64,000 bases of DNA. Source: Antedon mediterranea. Lineage: Eukaryota > Animalia > Echinodermata. The notes below the pieces were generated by a model. That model did no database searches, had not been told where the DNA came from, and saw only the letters and a list, made by a program, of their open reading frames with translations. The stretch covers positions 17,591,432-17,655,431 of the forward strand of contig NC_092679.1 of the NCBI RefSeq assembly GCF_964355755.1, written 5' to 3'. Below are positions 1 to 11,885 of this stretch, piece by piece. Each line of letters opens with the position of its first letter. Positions within the stretch are counted from its first letter, which is position 1. The position numbers were made by a program, and so were the translations under genes.

Positions 1-883
1 AACTAACAGTGACTTGTTTAACAGTTAGCCTATTTATAATAAAACATACGTAATATAATCAAGGAATCAACAGCCTTCCGTGATATATAATAAATGCAGG
101 GTCACTGTGCTCGTGGTTTTGCAGTAACTCATGGCGATCGATACTAACCGTTAAGTTGTTTATCAGATCCACAAATTAATTACTAACATTATATTCATAT
201 TAATTAAATTGATATCATATAATCAGTCATGTTTAATGAAGAAGAAAAGGTAATGGTTGCCAGACCACTTGTAGCAAACGACAACAGCAAATAATAGCGG
301 TACGGTAGAGGATATTGTTGTTTGTAGAAGCCTATGACCTGAAAAGACCAAGCCTATTACATTAGCCCATTAAACCGATATTATCGATTTGTCACAGAGC
401 TATGTGTATTAACGTTGATTTGTTTAGTAATGATATCCGTTTTACATTGGGCCTGTCGTGTTTGATCATTCTTAACTTGTTCATACTTCCCAGAAAATAT
501 ACATCCTGAGACGTACACACTTTTTAATTAGGCTTAATAATTTCTCCATAACTTGAAATATGATCAATAACAATATCATATTTTCTTGCAATTTAATTTT
601 TTTATGACTTTGCATAAATAAATCTTTTGTTCACCACTGTCTCGAAGTTATTACTAATGTGGTTGCACATTTTAATTAACAATAACAATTCGTTAAACCC
701 GGATTTTTAGTGGTTTACCTTGTCCATGGATCTTGGAATATAGTTCTTTGTGATCGACTTAAATTAGGCCACCTATTGAATATATTGAGTTGTCTTACAT
801 TGCTTACTGAAATAAACATTTACATTCAAATAAAGATTAGGCCTACGTTAATGATAAATTGATGTCTTTTAGTAGTACTATAC

Positions 884-965
884 ATTCTTTTTCATCAACA
901 TCCACAACATTTACCAACATCCACAACATTTACCAACATTTACCAACATCCACAACATTTACCGT
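884..965. repeat. Short tandem repeat (CCAACATTTA / CCAACATCCA-type units)
   Basis: Repeated caacatt/caacatcc units seen directly; they explain the spurious ORF 859..1101. Confidence 0.7.
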
Positions 966-2483
966 ATCCATACATAACCCTGCGTATGAAAAGTTGCCTA
1001 ATGTGGTTATTACAATGTATCCGTGGTTTACTAATAAGGTAATACATTATTATTTTCTTAAACCATGCTTAACCCATTATGTAACACCGTCATTTTCTTA
1101 AAATTGGCGTACGTTAATGATAAATTCAAATGACTTTTACAGTACATCATTCTTTTTATCAAAATCCATTGAACAACAGTGAAACGTTGCGGCAGTGTAA
1201 CCCACTGAATGCGGTTACATAAAGCCATTGGTATTCGCGGTTTATTAATAAGTGTAGACGATGGTTCTCGGAATGATAATGTTCTCCTTATACATTTTCT
1301 GTCGGTTACCATTATTAAAATGTTTGACATTCGTAAAACTAAACTACTTTGTTTCACAGTGTTTGAGATGATTAATAACATTTTAAAGTATAGTTTTTAT
1401 TGTTTGGTAGGGCCCTTTGGGGAGGCGGAGGTCATTTGAGGGAGGTGCTTATTCGAGGGATATATGTTACATTTTTTAGTTTTAATAATATGGTAGCATT
1501 TATAATCAAATGAAATCCTCTAATAGATATGAAAAGTGGTAAAAAAGAATAACAAATGCTTGGTAAATTGTAGATAACAGTGCGGTGAATTCTACTACAA
1601 ATAGTATAATTGTGTTATTATAAATATGTGGATGGACGTTTATTAGATAGTTGGGTGGGGGGGGGGGGGTTTATTATTGTGATGTTTTATTGGAGAGGCG
1701 TTTATTCAAATGAATACCATCCTAATAATTATTAATACATTCTTTAATTTAATCATCTTTTGAAACTAACTGCCGTGGGCCTAAGAAAGAAGACATTACG
1801 GCTTGCAACATGGGCAGACATCTCGGTCCTAACGGGACACAGGAAGATAGCCTACAGTTATTCCTGCAAGCTTACTCTTAATAAAACTCAGCTATCGGGA
1901 TTTCACTCGAAAAATGTCTTATCATCAAATCTCCCAATATATTCTGATTCTTTATGGCGTATATTTAATTTGATCTTTATTAATTTGCAGTATAATTTCT
2001 ATTATTTAACTACTGTACCTTCACACACGCGCGGTATGTTTTAAAATAAACAAAAAACTGAAATGGCTATGACTAATGGCCAACTTAAAGCTCCAGTCCT
2101 ACTATCTGATTTTTTTTTCATCTTCCAAAGGGACACTGTATTGATTGATGGAAAGTGCCTGTTTCCAGTCACCTTTAGGGTCAAATCTATTATTTTAACT
2201 GCTCCCTTGTGTATACAAGAGAGAAAATATTTGAAACCAGGTTGTTGCAAGGTGAACTTATCTTAAACCCGGAAATTACTTTGACCGGGAAGAATTGAAA
2301 TTGAGATGAAAATCTAATGTTGAAATCATAAATTTTGTTAAAAAACTCTTTATAATATCTTCCTAAGATAGAAATATGGAACAATAGCGTCGATGTGAAC
2401 ACTAATGTTATAAAATATACGTTTCACGGTACATCTAAGATAGATAAGGTAGGTATCCAAGGCGGAGATTTGTACCGAAGTTT

Positions 2484-3375
2484 TTGCATTGTGCTCGCTC
2501 GCTGATCACTTACAAAGCGTTACATGGGCTTGCCCCTGATTATATTCGCGAGCTCATTTCTGAATACATCCCGTCGCGCTCTTTAAGGTCTGGTGATCAA
2601 TTTCTTCTAACATTACCAAAATCATCCACTGCTTATGGTAGAAGGTCTTTTGCAGCAATAGCACCTTCATTATGGAAAAAACTTCCACTCTTTGTGAGAC
2701 TTGCTCCTTCAGTCAGTATTTTTAAATCACGACTGAAAGCCCATCTGTTCTCATCCGGTATTAATTAACTTATTCATTCATTCATTTATTCCTTCCCCGA
2801 AACCTTGACTCAGAAATACCGGGATGGTGTCCGGCGGGGGATAGTTTAACCCTAGCTTAAGTTGTGCATGCTTCATTTTACTCTCTATTCTTAATTCTGG
2901 CCCCGAAACCTTGACTCAGAAATACCGGGATGGTGTCCGGCGGGGGATAGTTTAACCCTAGCTTAAGTTGTGCATGCTTCATTTACTCTCTATTCTTAAT
3001 TCTGGCCCCGAAACCTTGACTCAGAAATACCGGGATGGTGTCCGGCGGGGGATAGTTTAACCCTAGCTTAAGTTGTGCATGCTTCATTTACTCTCTATTC
3101 TTAATTCTGGCCCCGAAACCTTGACTCAGAAATACCGGGATGGTGTTCGGCGGGGGATAGTTTTACCTTAATTAAGCATAGTTAAGCTTAGTTACATTTT
3201 TTTTTTTCACATTATTGATTGTCTCCATCCCCAAAACCTCGACTAAGAAATACTGGAATGGTGTCCGGCGGGGGATAGTTTATTACCATTAGTTAAGGTC
3301 CTATGTAAAGCACCTAGAGGGGTCAGTGATCCATTAGGCGCTATATAAATACTGTTTATTATTATTATTATTTAT
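2484..3375 (+). mobile_element. 3' end of a CR1/L2-group LINE (ORF2 C-terminus, 3' UTR and (TTA)n tail)
   Basis: ORF 2484..2768 reads YKALHGLAPDYI...RSLRS...YGRRSFAAIAPSLWKKLP...FKSRLKAHLF, the typical L2/CR1 RT C-terminal motif series. It ends in tataaatactgtttattattattatta near 3343-3372. Confidence 0.85.
2795..3165 (+). repeat. Tandem array of about 105-bp units (3 full plus a partial) in the LINE 3' UTR
   Basis: ccccgaaaccttgactcagaaataccgggatggtgtccggcgggggatag recurs near 2795, 2901, 3006 and 3111, with a further diverged copy near 3228. Confidence 0.9.
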
Positions 3376-4463
3376 GTCAGAATTAACCATAATTTATATA
3401 TAGATGGTAATATTTATTATTAATTATTATTTCCTTAAACCATGCTTAACCGAATTAAATAACAACGTCATCATATTAGTATTATTATTTATATTGTTTG
3501 TTTTCATTGAGACAAAATAAATAACTTATCTCATTCTAATTTTATACATTCTTACATTTAACACGCATTGCTACGTGTGCGTTATGGTATTTTACCTCGA
3601 TTTTTCAATAGTAATTTCCTGTTATTTCAAACATCACACACAAACGTCGTGTACTTCCGATATTTTTGTGAAAATCATTACTCTTTCTATTATTTTCAAC
3701 AATGTGTACATTTTTAGTAGGATAGTAAACAACACAAGTATAGGCCTTTAATGCGTTTTGTGTATTTTTAAATATAGAATCTTGACAAGTTAAACTTACA
3801 TCAATAATGCTTAGATTTTAAAGACAGACGACAGATTTATTTTGTCTGAGTGATGTACATATTTATTTTTATATACAGTACTTCATTATGTTAATTATAT
3901 TAATTTAAATTAAATAAATCACTGTAATAACGTTGCAGGATTAATGACTAATTTGTTTGACTAAAGAAGAGTCTTTTTGAATTGTTGTTTTGATTATATA
4001 TAGAGGGCCCATAGATAATTATCATCTCCCCGCTGCGAAGGAACTGGAAAGGCCACTGTCTGTAAATGTTGAAATAAAAAAGAATAGGTCTAGGGCACCT
4101 CGTCTGTTCGGATCTAGGACTCCTGAAACGCGGGTGCCTATGTGTTTTATTGGTACTCTATACCTTCTCTATACTTATGGTTTTATAAACAAGGCTATAT
4201 ACATGGCTGCAGTCGCGTGCTCAAATTTAAGTTAGTGTTACCGACCGACCGACATAGTGAGCTGTAGAATAGGTGATATGAACAGGTTGGACTTATATGA
4301 GTACGATATCAGCGCTTTATCTTATATGGTTTAAGCAATCTTAGACATTACGTTTGTTTGTTTTACCATGTTTCTTATAGACACATATTTAAATATAATA
4401 TTCTTAATTACCTCTTGTTTCTGAAATTATTTGTTAAAATTGGTATTAAAAGTAAGCACCTAC

Positions 4464-4654
4464 CATTTCCATTCACCGTTTTCAGTAAACTTCAACGTAA
4501 AAATCATCTCCACCGCCAGTAAAACCACCGGTATAAGGAGCAGATAGTAGATCTGATCATCCTCTAAATCGGTCACTCTCCACGCGACCAAAACTCCATG
4601 TACAGCGAATAAAAGTCTCGCCACTACCGCTTTGATGAGAGATATTACAGACAT
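4464..4654 (-). CDS. TMEM26: TMEM26-like transmembrane protein, first coding exon (no further exons recognised; probably left of the window)
   Basis: MSVISLIKAVVARLLFAVHGVLVAWRVT...YYLLLIPVVLLAVEMIFTLKFTENGEWKW resembles the TMEM26 N-terminus (RLLFxxH..VWRV..LLxxE..TL..W). A GTAGGT donor follows TG at 4464/4463. Confidence 0.85.
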
Positions 4655-7600
4655 TTTGATTATTTACATTTAGTTAACTTAGGCATAGACCGCAATTTTC
4701 GAACACAATTAGCCTGTTCGTATAGTCTCCTTGTACAACAATCCTTTTGGTTATTCTAAAATACAATGCTAGAAACAGAAGTATTCCTTTACAAAGCTTG
4801 ATTAAAAAACTGATATAAAGTTAGTTTACTGCTTTCAGTACACAATTTAATCCCAAATTACGACTAGTTCCAATCTTGAAAAAGTTTCAGTTTAGAATTG
4901 GAATAATCACAATCCGATTTGCAGTTTCTTCGGCGCATTCATGGTTGTATTCGACAGAGAGTAATCGTGAAAGTGTGTGTGTGTGAGTTTTCCCATCACC
5001 GAGTCGTGACAAATATTTCTATTGATCAAAAATCCATGTGTCGGAAACGTCATCGGCTAAATCCTATAGGACAATCGTTTTTGTTGCTACGTTACGTGAT
5101 ACAATGGACAAATAGTTTGTTTTGTTGTAATGGTTCGTTGGTCTTATTCTTTTAAATGGATTTAGCAAGAATTATCATACAAAGTTGATGCACAGACGAA
5201 AGGCTAAAATGCTGTATTATCAATAAACACTTCATATCAGTTAAACTTTTCGTTATTTCGGATTGAATGTCAAATGTGAACGCAACGCAATGGAGTTGTT
5301 TTCAATTAATTGATAGCAAAATAATATTAATCACGAATTAAACTATAGTTTTCCATAAAGATAATGATCCAATTATACAGTATTAAGAAAGATCTTTAGC
5401 TATATAACTATAAGTTGTTTGTTACGGTGTAGGTTCAAAACTGTATTTCAACAATATAAGCTAAATATTTCGGCAAATATAGCGTTTCATACGTATAAAA
5501 AATCGAAACGCCGACTGGTGGACTACCCGTTTTATTAGTCTCATATTACTATGTGATTTTTTCTTAAATGCTGTAATATATTATATTGATATAGGCCTAA
5601 TTTCATTTTTATATATGTTTTAAGGATAACCATAAAGTTTTATTGAAGATAATTATTTTTTTTTTTGTGAAAAACCTCGATTGTAGAAAGTGACATGTAA
5701 TAATAATATTCAAGAATTCAAATAGAATGTGGATAGATTTATGCTAAGAAGGAAAATACAAATAAATAGTAGGGCGCGTTCAACAGGAGTTACACAGTGT
5801 GACGTCGTGACATGCTAACTCATAGGGACATGTAGAGAGACATGGGAAGTTCTTTCACTCCATGATCAACACAGTTTTGGTGGATTTTAGGTCAAAGCGA
5901 CGATATGCACAATTAGGTCGTAGGTCACAGGTAGTCACAGACCAAAACCTTCTTAATCTATTTATTTAACAGTAACTTAAGTGTGCAAAATGTGGTTTTT
6001 TTTTTACATTAAGCAATACAGACACATAGGGGGCGCTTGACTTCAACAACTGTACCTTCCAAAAGTATAGTATTTGTAATATATTACGTACTCCACAATA
6101 CTCAAATGTAGGTATTTGAAATTAAACACAAATAATGCACTAGTACAATAACAACGCTTGGTGACATCCTGTCAAGTTTTATTAATTGTTTCTTTATGTA
6201 ATTCCCGGCATGCTATTTCCTGCTGGAGTCATTGCCATTTCTTGAAACTTCTTGTTTTTGGCTGCTAACAGAAAATATTTACTAACTGATACAATACAAA
6301 CAAAATGCTCCAATATTTAATCTTTAATCATCTACTACGATGCAGACAAATTGTTGACAAATACAATTTGATCGAACGCAGATCGATATTAAAATACCAA
6401 GAAGTTGGATAATTACCAGCAGTTCATTTAATAGTACTATATCATACTTCTGTACAAACTACTATAAATTAATGGAAATACCCTTTACTGCATTTTCTTG
6501 TTTAACTTCGGTTTAAATTCTTCTTCAATTCAATTCCTGTCCTATGATTTGCATAATAGACAATTATGTCGTTCTGGGACCGCATCATAATACAATATAA
6601 AAATACCTCCAGAAGGTTACAAAAGCCATGACACATCATCTTTTGTTTTAACATACCTCTATATCCTTCCCTCTATATGCAGCAGATATTAGTAAACCAT
6701 TGACTTTGTATTTCTTTTTAACTCATTTATTCATGCTTTTTCCAGTGGAATGTACGGTTTTTACTGTATATGAAACTTACACACTTGGTTTTCATGTCTG
6801 TTTATTTTTTAAATATTCTAATTCAATTATACACCAATACTACAGTTCGCATTTGCATACGGTTTTAAAGCATCATCTAATATTTATTCAAATTAAATAG
6901 AAGTTTACGTTTATTTCTACAATGGTTCGTGTTATGATTAGACAAACATAATGCTAGAAGTAAAATATACACACTTGAAAGACTTTTTCGACAATAGAAA
7001 CGATAAACGAATTTGCCATTTAAACAGATGTTTAGTTTATTTATTGTTATAATTATAAATTACATAAATAGAAAATGCCTGTATGTATTATGAAAGTACG
7101 TTTTTTTTTATATTTTATTTATTTTTTTCTTTACATCTGAAGACTAAATATTCTGAATGGAAGTTTATTCAAGCATAACGACTTTGTTAGGAATGCTGAT
7201 AATATACAAATAATGAATGTTTATGAGTGTAATGGTACAAATAATGGCAGGAGGTGAATGATGAAAGGGTTATACTCAACGAGGCAAAGCCGAGTTGATA
7301 TACCTTTCGTCATTCACCAAATGCCATTATTTGTACCTTTACACGAATAAAAAACATTCAAGTAGTGTACATGGAGGCCTAGTCAGTCGTGGTTATAACA
7401 ATGGTTAACAATGGGGATAGTATAAGACAATAGAGTATATCATTTAACTAGAATTGTTATATAGATTTGTTATATATTAATATACATTATAATATAAAAT
7501 TAATAAATATTAAATAAAAATGATATGGTTATTTAGTTGCTTGTGATGAGAACAAATGGTTTACATTGGTTGAAGTCAATAGGTGTTATGTTTCGGATTA

Positions 7601-8349
7601 TAATACAATGGTTAACATAGGGTAAGGAAGTGAGACAATATAGTTTTTGTAAGATTTGAATTAGTCATGGATTCAATAAAGATGCACCTGGTTAATTAAA
7701 ACTAGTTAATTGAGGTTTTTGCTTGATGTATGCCGACATAATACAAAGACATAAGTTATTTGATCCGGATATTATAACAATGACTAAAACAAAAAGATAA
7801 GAATGAATAGTTTAAATAGCGTTTACAGGCAAAATATAGGCAAAATTGTAAGTATAAGTCAGATGTACAAATTACTGAAAAACAAATTACTAGGAAGTAT
7901 GAAACAATAGTTATTGTGTTTCGGGGCATATAACAATATATGTTAAAGGTGTCTTCCGACATATAATTAATACGGGGTATTTTATAACAAAGACAAAAAT
8001 AAAAAGAAGACTATAATGAAGTGATATAATAAGTATGTCTTGCTTGATCTTTGGCGACATAATCCAAAGACATAAGGCATTTTCTTCCGGATATTTAGGA
8101 TTTGAAAATAAAGGTTATTTAAGTATGTACAATTAAGTAAATAAAAGGTAATCTTCTGATGTCATGCATAAATTAATTTGTTATGTTTAAATATCGGGGG
8201 GGGGGGGTATTATTTGAAATTCTATGTCAGTGTTTTCAATTACATCGAAGTCACTCAAACTCTAGTACTAGTTCCAAAGTATTACCGTTACACGAGGTTA
8301 AAAGATTAATTCTAACGTGCATACCGGTAATGAACAATAATTTGAAAAC

Positions 8350-8806
8350 AGCAGTCTTAGCGGTAACGAGGAATTTTTGTTAGAAATTCTTGATGACAAC
8401 GATGAATTGGTAAGTTGAATCAATTTGTACAAGAAAAAAAAAAGAAATTTACGTATATTATTTTCCAAATGTTATTAAGATTTAATTTGTTCTGTCTGTT
8501 ACATGGGGTCTTGTTATTTAATTTTCAGATTCGATGTATAGAAGAGTTAATTGATGATCAGAACGAATTATGTAATGAAATGGTAAGTTACTATTTCTAT
8601 AAATTTATTTTTAAAATGGTAATAATATATGATATTTAGTCTAATATAAACAACATTTTGTATTACAGTACGGTATTTTGATTGAAAGTAGTAATAACGA
8701 AAGGGAAGAAACACTTCAATTAGAGAATGACATGGCAGTTGCAGAAATTTGCCGCATTGCAAGAAACAAAAGAGGTAATTTAGACGAAGAAGAAAATGAT
8801 TTATGA
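8350..8806 (+). pseudogene. Spliced small acidic protein gene fragment (left arm): exons ..-8409, 8529-8582, 8669-8806; 5' part disrupted or not identified
   Basis: GTAAGT donors at 8410 and 8583, and acceptors ttttcag (8528) and tattacag (8668), all phase 0. They join EEFLLEILDDNDEL|IRCIEELIDDQNELCNEM|YGILIESSNNEREETLQLENDMAVAEICRIARNKRGNLDEEENDL*. Upstream in-frame stops and no clear ATG. Confidence 0.55.
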
Positions 8807-8823
8807 GTATGATTGCACTTCGA

Positions 8824-8909
8824 CCAATGTTCCGACAGGAAATACAACAATGACAATTGGCTGAAACAAATTTAGTAAATGCCGAATGTAATCCTTTGAC
8901 TGTATATAA
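8824..8909 (+). promoter_or_regulatory. Putative Pol II promoter of the 233-aa ORF (CCAAT boxes and TATA)
   Basis: CCAAT at 8824, ATTGG at 8856 and TATATAA at 8903-8909, about 90 nt before ATG 8994. AATAAA at 9827-9832 follows the stop. Confidence 0.5.
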
Positions 8910-8993
8910 CTCTCGATTATTTTGTAATCTTTACCTCATTCTACAACGCTACAGCGCTCGACAAGACAGACCAAAAACCAACAACTAGTTACT

Positions 8994-9695
8994 ATGGTTT
9001 CCGTGATTGAAATCATTGATCTTACTATGGACTCTGATGTCGAAGAAGATGTTATATATATAAGCAGTGATTCGGAATTTGAAGACGATTTTACAGCAGA
9101 GGAGGAGGAAGAGATGAGGGAAGAGATGGGGGATATGACGTGTTTAATGGCGATTCAACCCCCACCTCCAATGAACGTTGATTTCAATAATGTATCTAAT
9201 ACTGAAGAAGACGAACATTATATATCGAGAATAATTTCTGAAGAGGAGAGGATTGTATACGACGACACGTCATCGGTAGTTGACTACCACCTATTTCTGG
9301 CAAGAAAAGCCGATGTAGAAGATGAGGTAGAAGATGGGGTGTTTGCGGAAGAGTACCTGAACCCTGTGCTGGAGGCGGAGATTAAGAAAGAAACTACCGA
9401 ACTTGAGTACAAAGAAATAATGAGAACAATTGAGAAGGTTTTCATAGAAGAATTTATATTCATTCTGAAGGACATGGTTGAACGTTATAACTTTCACGGC
9501 TCAAGATATGAACAACTCCTAACATTTTTTCGACCAATTCTGGCATTGAAACTTGTGGACAATAGCGCTACCCATTTTGAATGGGCGCTAAACTACTTTC
9601 ATTTACGTTGTATAAATGTTGATGCGTTTGCTAAAGCCATAAAGTTGATTACAAATGATTCAGAACTTTTTAATAAGATTCTTTACCAATTGTAA
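8994..9695 (+). CDS. Intact acidic 233-aa Polinton accessory protein with N-terminal SIM-like motifs (left-arm copy)
   Basis: Longest ORF class in the window, ATG start and single exon. N-terminus VIEIIDLT..VIYISSDSE, acidic middle, predicted helical C-terminus. Confidence 0.75.
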   Translation: MVSVIEIIDLTMDSDVEEDVIYISSDSEFEDDFTAEEEEEMREEMGDMTCLMAIQPPPPMNVDFNNVSNTEEDEHYISRIISEEERIVYDDTSSVVDYHLFLARKADVEDEVEDGVFAEEYLNPVLEAEIKKETTELEYKEIMRTIEKVFIEEFIFILKDMVERYNFHGSRYEQLLTFFRPILALKLVDNSATHFEWALNYFHLRCINVDAFAKAIKLITNDSELFNKILYQL

Positions 9696-9948
9696 TTTGT
9701 ACAAATTTAAAATAATATCTTAACACTTTTCTAATTAATGTTACATATTTTTATAATTCTTATTTCTTTTCGGTAAATTTATTATTATTATGGTTGTAAA
9801 TTATATTGAAATAGAATATGTGTTAAAATAAAGGTTGTGGTTTTTCTTTTAATAGCAACAACAACGAAAATGAATTTGATCTTTGCGTGTTATTTAAGTA
9901 TTTTATTTATTTTTTAAATTTTCATTTGGGTGAATGAGGGTAATGAGT

Positions 9949-10188
9949 ATGGATGAGTACTTAAGAAAAGTATATTACGATCCTAAGCATCCTGATAGTT
10001 TTGGTGGTGTGGACCGACTTTATCAAAATGTAAAATACGATTTAAATATTACCAAGAGACAAGTTCAAGACTGACTGAGCAAGCAAGATACATATACATT
10101 ACACAAATCCATTCAACGTAAATTCAAACGAAACTGGGTACTTGTAAGTGTTATTGATGAACAATGGGGAATGGATTTGGAAAAATAA
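9949..10188 (+). pseudogene. Polinton/Maverick retroviral-like integrase N-terminal remnant (left arm)
   Basis: Manual translation gives MDEYLRKVYYDPKHPDSFGGVDRLYQNVKYDLNITKRQVQD*LSKQDTYTLHKSIQRKFKRNWVLVSVIDEQWGMDLEK*. This fits the YYDP..SFGGV..LY / WL..QDTYTLHK / IDEQW..DL signature. Internal TGA at 10072-10074; truncated just after the first catalytic Asp. Confidence 0.88.
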
Positions 10189-10200
10189 CGTGTATAAAAT

Positions 10201-10345
10201 TTGATTCAGACAAACTGTTTGACTTTAAATTTCCAAAAATCAAAGGAAGTCAATTTTGAAATAGTTGGTAGCATGGTACAAGGAATCGGACTGGAAAAAA
10301 TAACAACAACTAATCCTAACAAAATAACCCGTAAACCAAAATCTC
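10201..10345 (+). pseudogene. Probable C-terminal fragment of Polinton protein-primed DNA polymerase B (left arm)
   Basis: CLTLNFQKSKEVNFEIVGSMVQGIGLEKITTTNPNKITR resembles the pPolB C-terminal pattern GfTLNf.nS..iNFe.vk.lV....kItv.NP.KItR. Recognised by eye only. Confidence 0.55.
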
Positions 10346-11449
10346 ACTCTCTACCATTCAAAAATGATGTAGCGATTTTTTCAAGCGGTATTGTCATGAA
10401 CGTATTGAAAAGAAAATAGTTTTATTGTCAATGATTTGTCAAGTGTTTTATTTTAATTTCAATTACTGTTGTATTGTATTTAGTTTTACCCGTTCATGTT
10501 GGCATGATCAATATTTGCTCAAACTCCATTTTATCGTTATGTTTGTAGTATTTTATAGATTCCCGATCATCGTAATAATGATATAACTAGAATTCGTAAC
10601 CGTGTGTTAGATTCCACGCGTATTATATACATATTGTCTTACTTTAATTCCTTCTCTCGTTATTCACCCGATGTAGTTTGATCAAACAATTGTACCTGAG
10701 CCTGAAAGGTTAGTTGTTATGGTACAAGGAATCGGCCCGGAAAATAATTTGTTTTCTTTTCTGTTAAATTATTATTATGTTTGTGAATTGTGTATTGCAA
10801 TAGATTTGTTTAATGAAATTAAATTAATTAGGCCTATGTTTTGACTTAATTTACTGTCAGTGTAAATTTTTTAAAGTAGTTTTCCTACTTTAATTCACGG
10901 TAAATTTATTTATCGACTTAATTTAATTTGTTTTCTTTTCTGTTGTTGTTAAATGTAATTGCAAACACACGTAATAAATGATTGTGATTATAAATATTCT
11001 GTTTACTTCTTTTAATTTTAAACAGTACAATAGATCTGTAATGTAAAGTTATATTTTATATATAATAAGTAATATTACAAAAATAAACATACAAAATGTA
11101 TAAAGCATAGATTAATTAAATTTAAATACAATTTCTTTATTTCAAAATGAATTTCATTTTCTACGTGTTTTCAATTTTAAATCTTTTAAGAAAGACACAA
11201 TACGTACTGCTAAAAAAATAAAACGCACACAAAAGAAAACAAATTTGAGACGCACGATATGTAACGACGGTTTCAATAAAAAGGCATATTATAAATGTAT
11301 TTTTACCAAATTTATAAAGTAAAGGGTTATTATTGAGAAATATACATTTTAGATAAATGATAACACATCTAAAATTAATTAGAGAGATCAATACAATATG
11401 GTGTTCATAATAATTTGTTTTGATGACTAGAGGAAACATCTGAAGACAT

Positions 11450-11885
11450 TCAACAAAAAACAAGCGTTAACACCATACCAGTCACTAAGAATGCTACTAC
11501 TCTGAAAAAAACATCTCCCTTCCAGCACAGAAACAAATTCTGAACGAAAATAAAAAATAAAAATAATTAGTAAACGAAACACGCGCATTATAAATAAAAT
11601 GAATAATTTAAGAAAAAAAAAAAGAAACATACTAACCGATTTATCGTCATTACGAAGTTCAAATAACGAAAACTTTTCCTTGAAAAATTCACAAGAGACA
11701 CGTTTTACATTTTCTAACTGCATTTCAGTGTCACATTGTTTCGCAACACATGTACATACAACGAGTCCTGTCACAAATCTGCCGACATTTATTTTTTTAT
11801 CGCTCATCATTTGTTCTAATACATAATACAGCGCTTCCGAAGAAATATCTTTACACAATTCTAACACATTAAAATTGTTTTCCAA
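11450..11885 (-). pseudogene. Bcl-2-family-like gene, 5'-truncated, two exons (11885-11637, 11539-11450), in the palindrome spacer
   Basis: BH1-like VLEQMMSDKKINVGRFVTGL. A GTTAGT donor at 11636 and a pyrimidine-rich acceptor ending CAG at 11540 splice in frame to NLFLCWKGDVFFRVVAFLVTGMVLTLVFC*, a C-terminal hydrophobic anchor. Confidence 0.7.

Noticed and set aside
2041-2266. Similar short ORFs at 2041-2266 and 29748-29966 suggesting a gene family
   Set aside because: A shared dispersed repeat of about 120 bp; the frames diverge outside it and there are no splice or start signals.
2795-3165. Hammerhead ribozyme or CRISPR array in the 105-bp tandem units
   Set aside because: No CUGANGA/GAAA core in the right arrangement on either strand; the inter-motif sequences are identical rather than unique spacers, and the context is eukaryotic.
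9284-9497. Antisense ORFs over the acidic gene (and mirrors at 13517-13730)
   Set aside because: Shadow frames of the real ORF with no independent signal.
11427-11885. The 152-aa unspliced ORF as the true product
   Set aside because: It has a TTG start, and its F/I/L-rich middle is read-through of a T-rich intron; the spliced model is more coherent.
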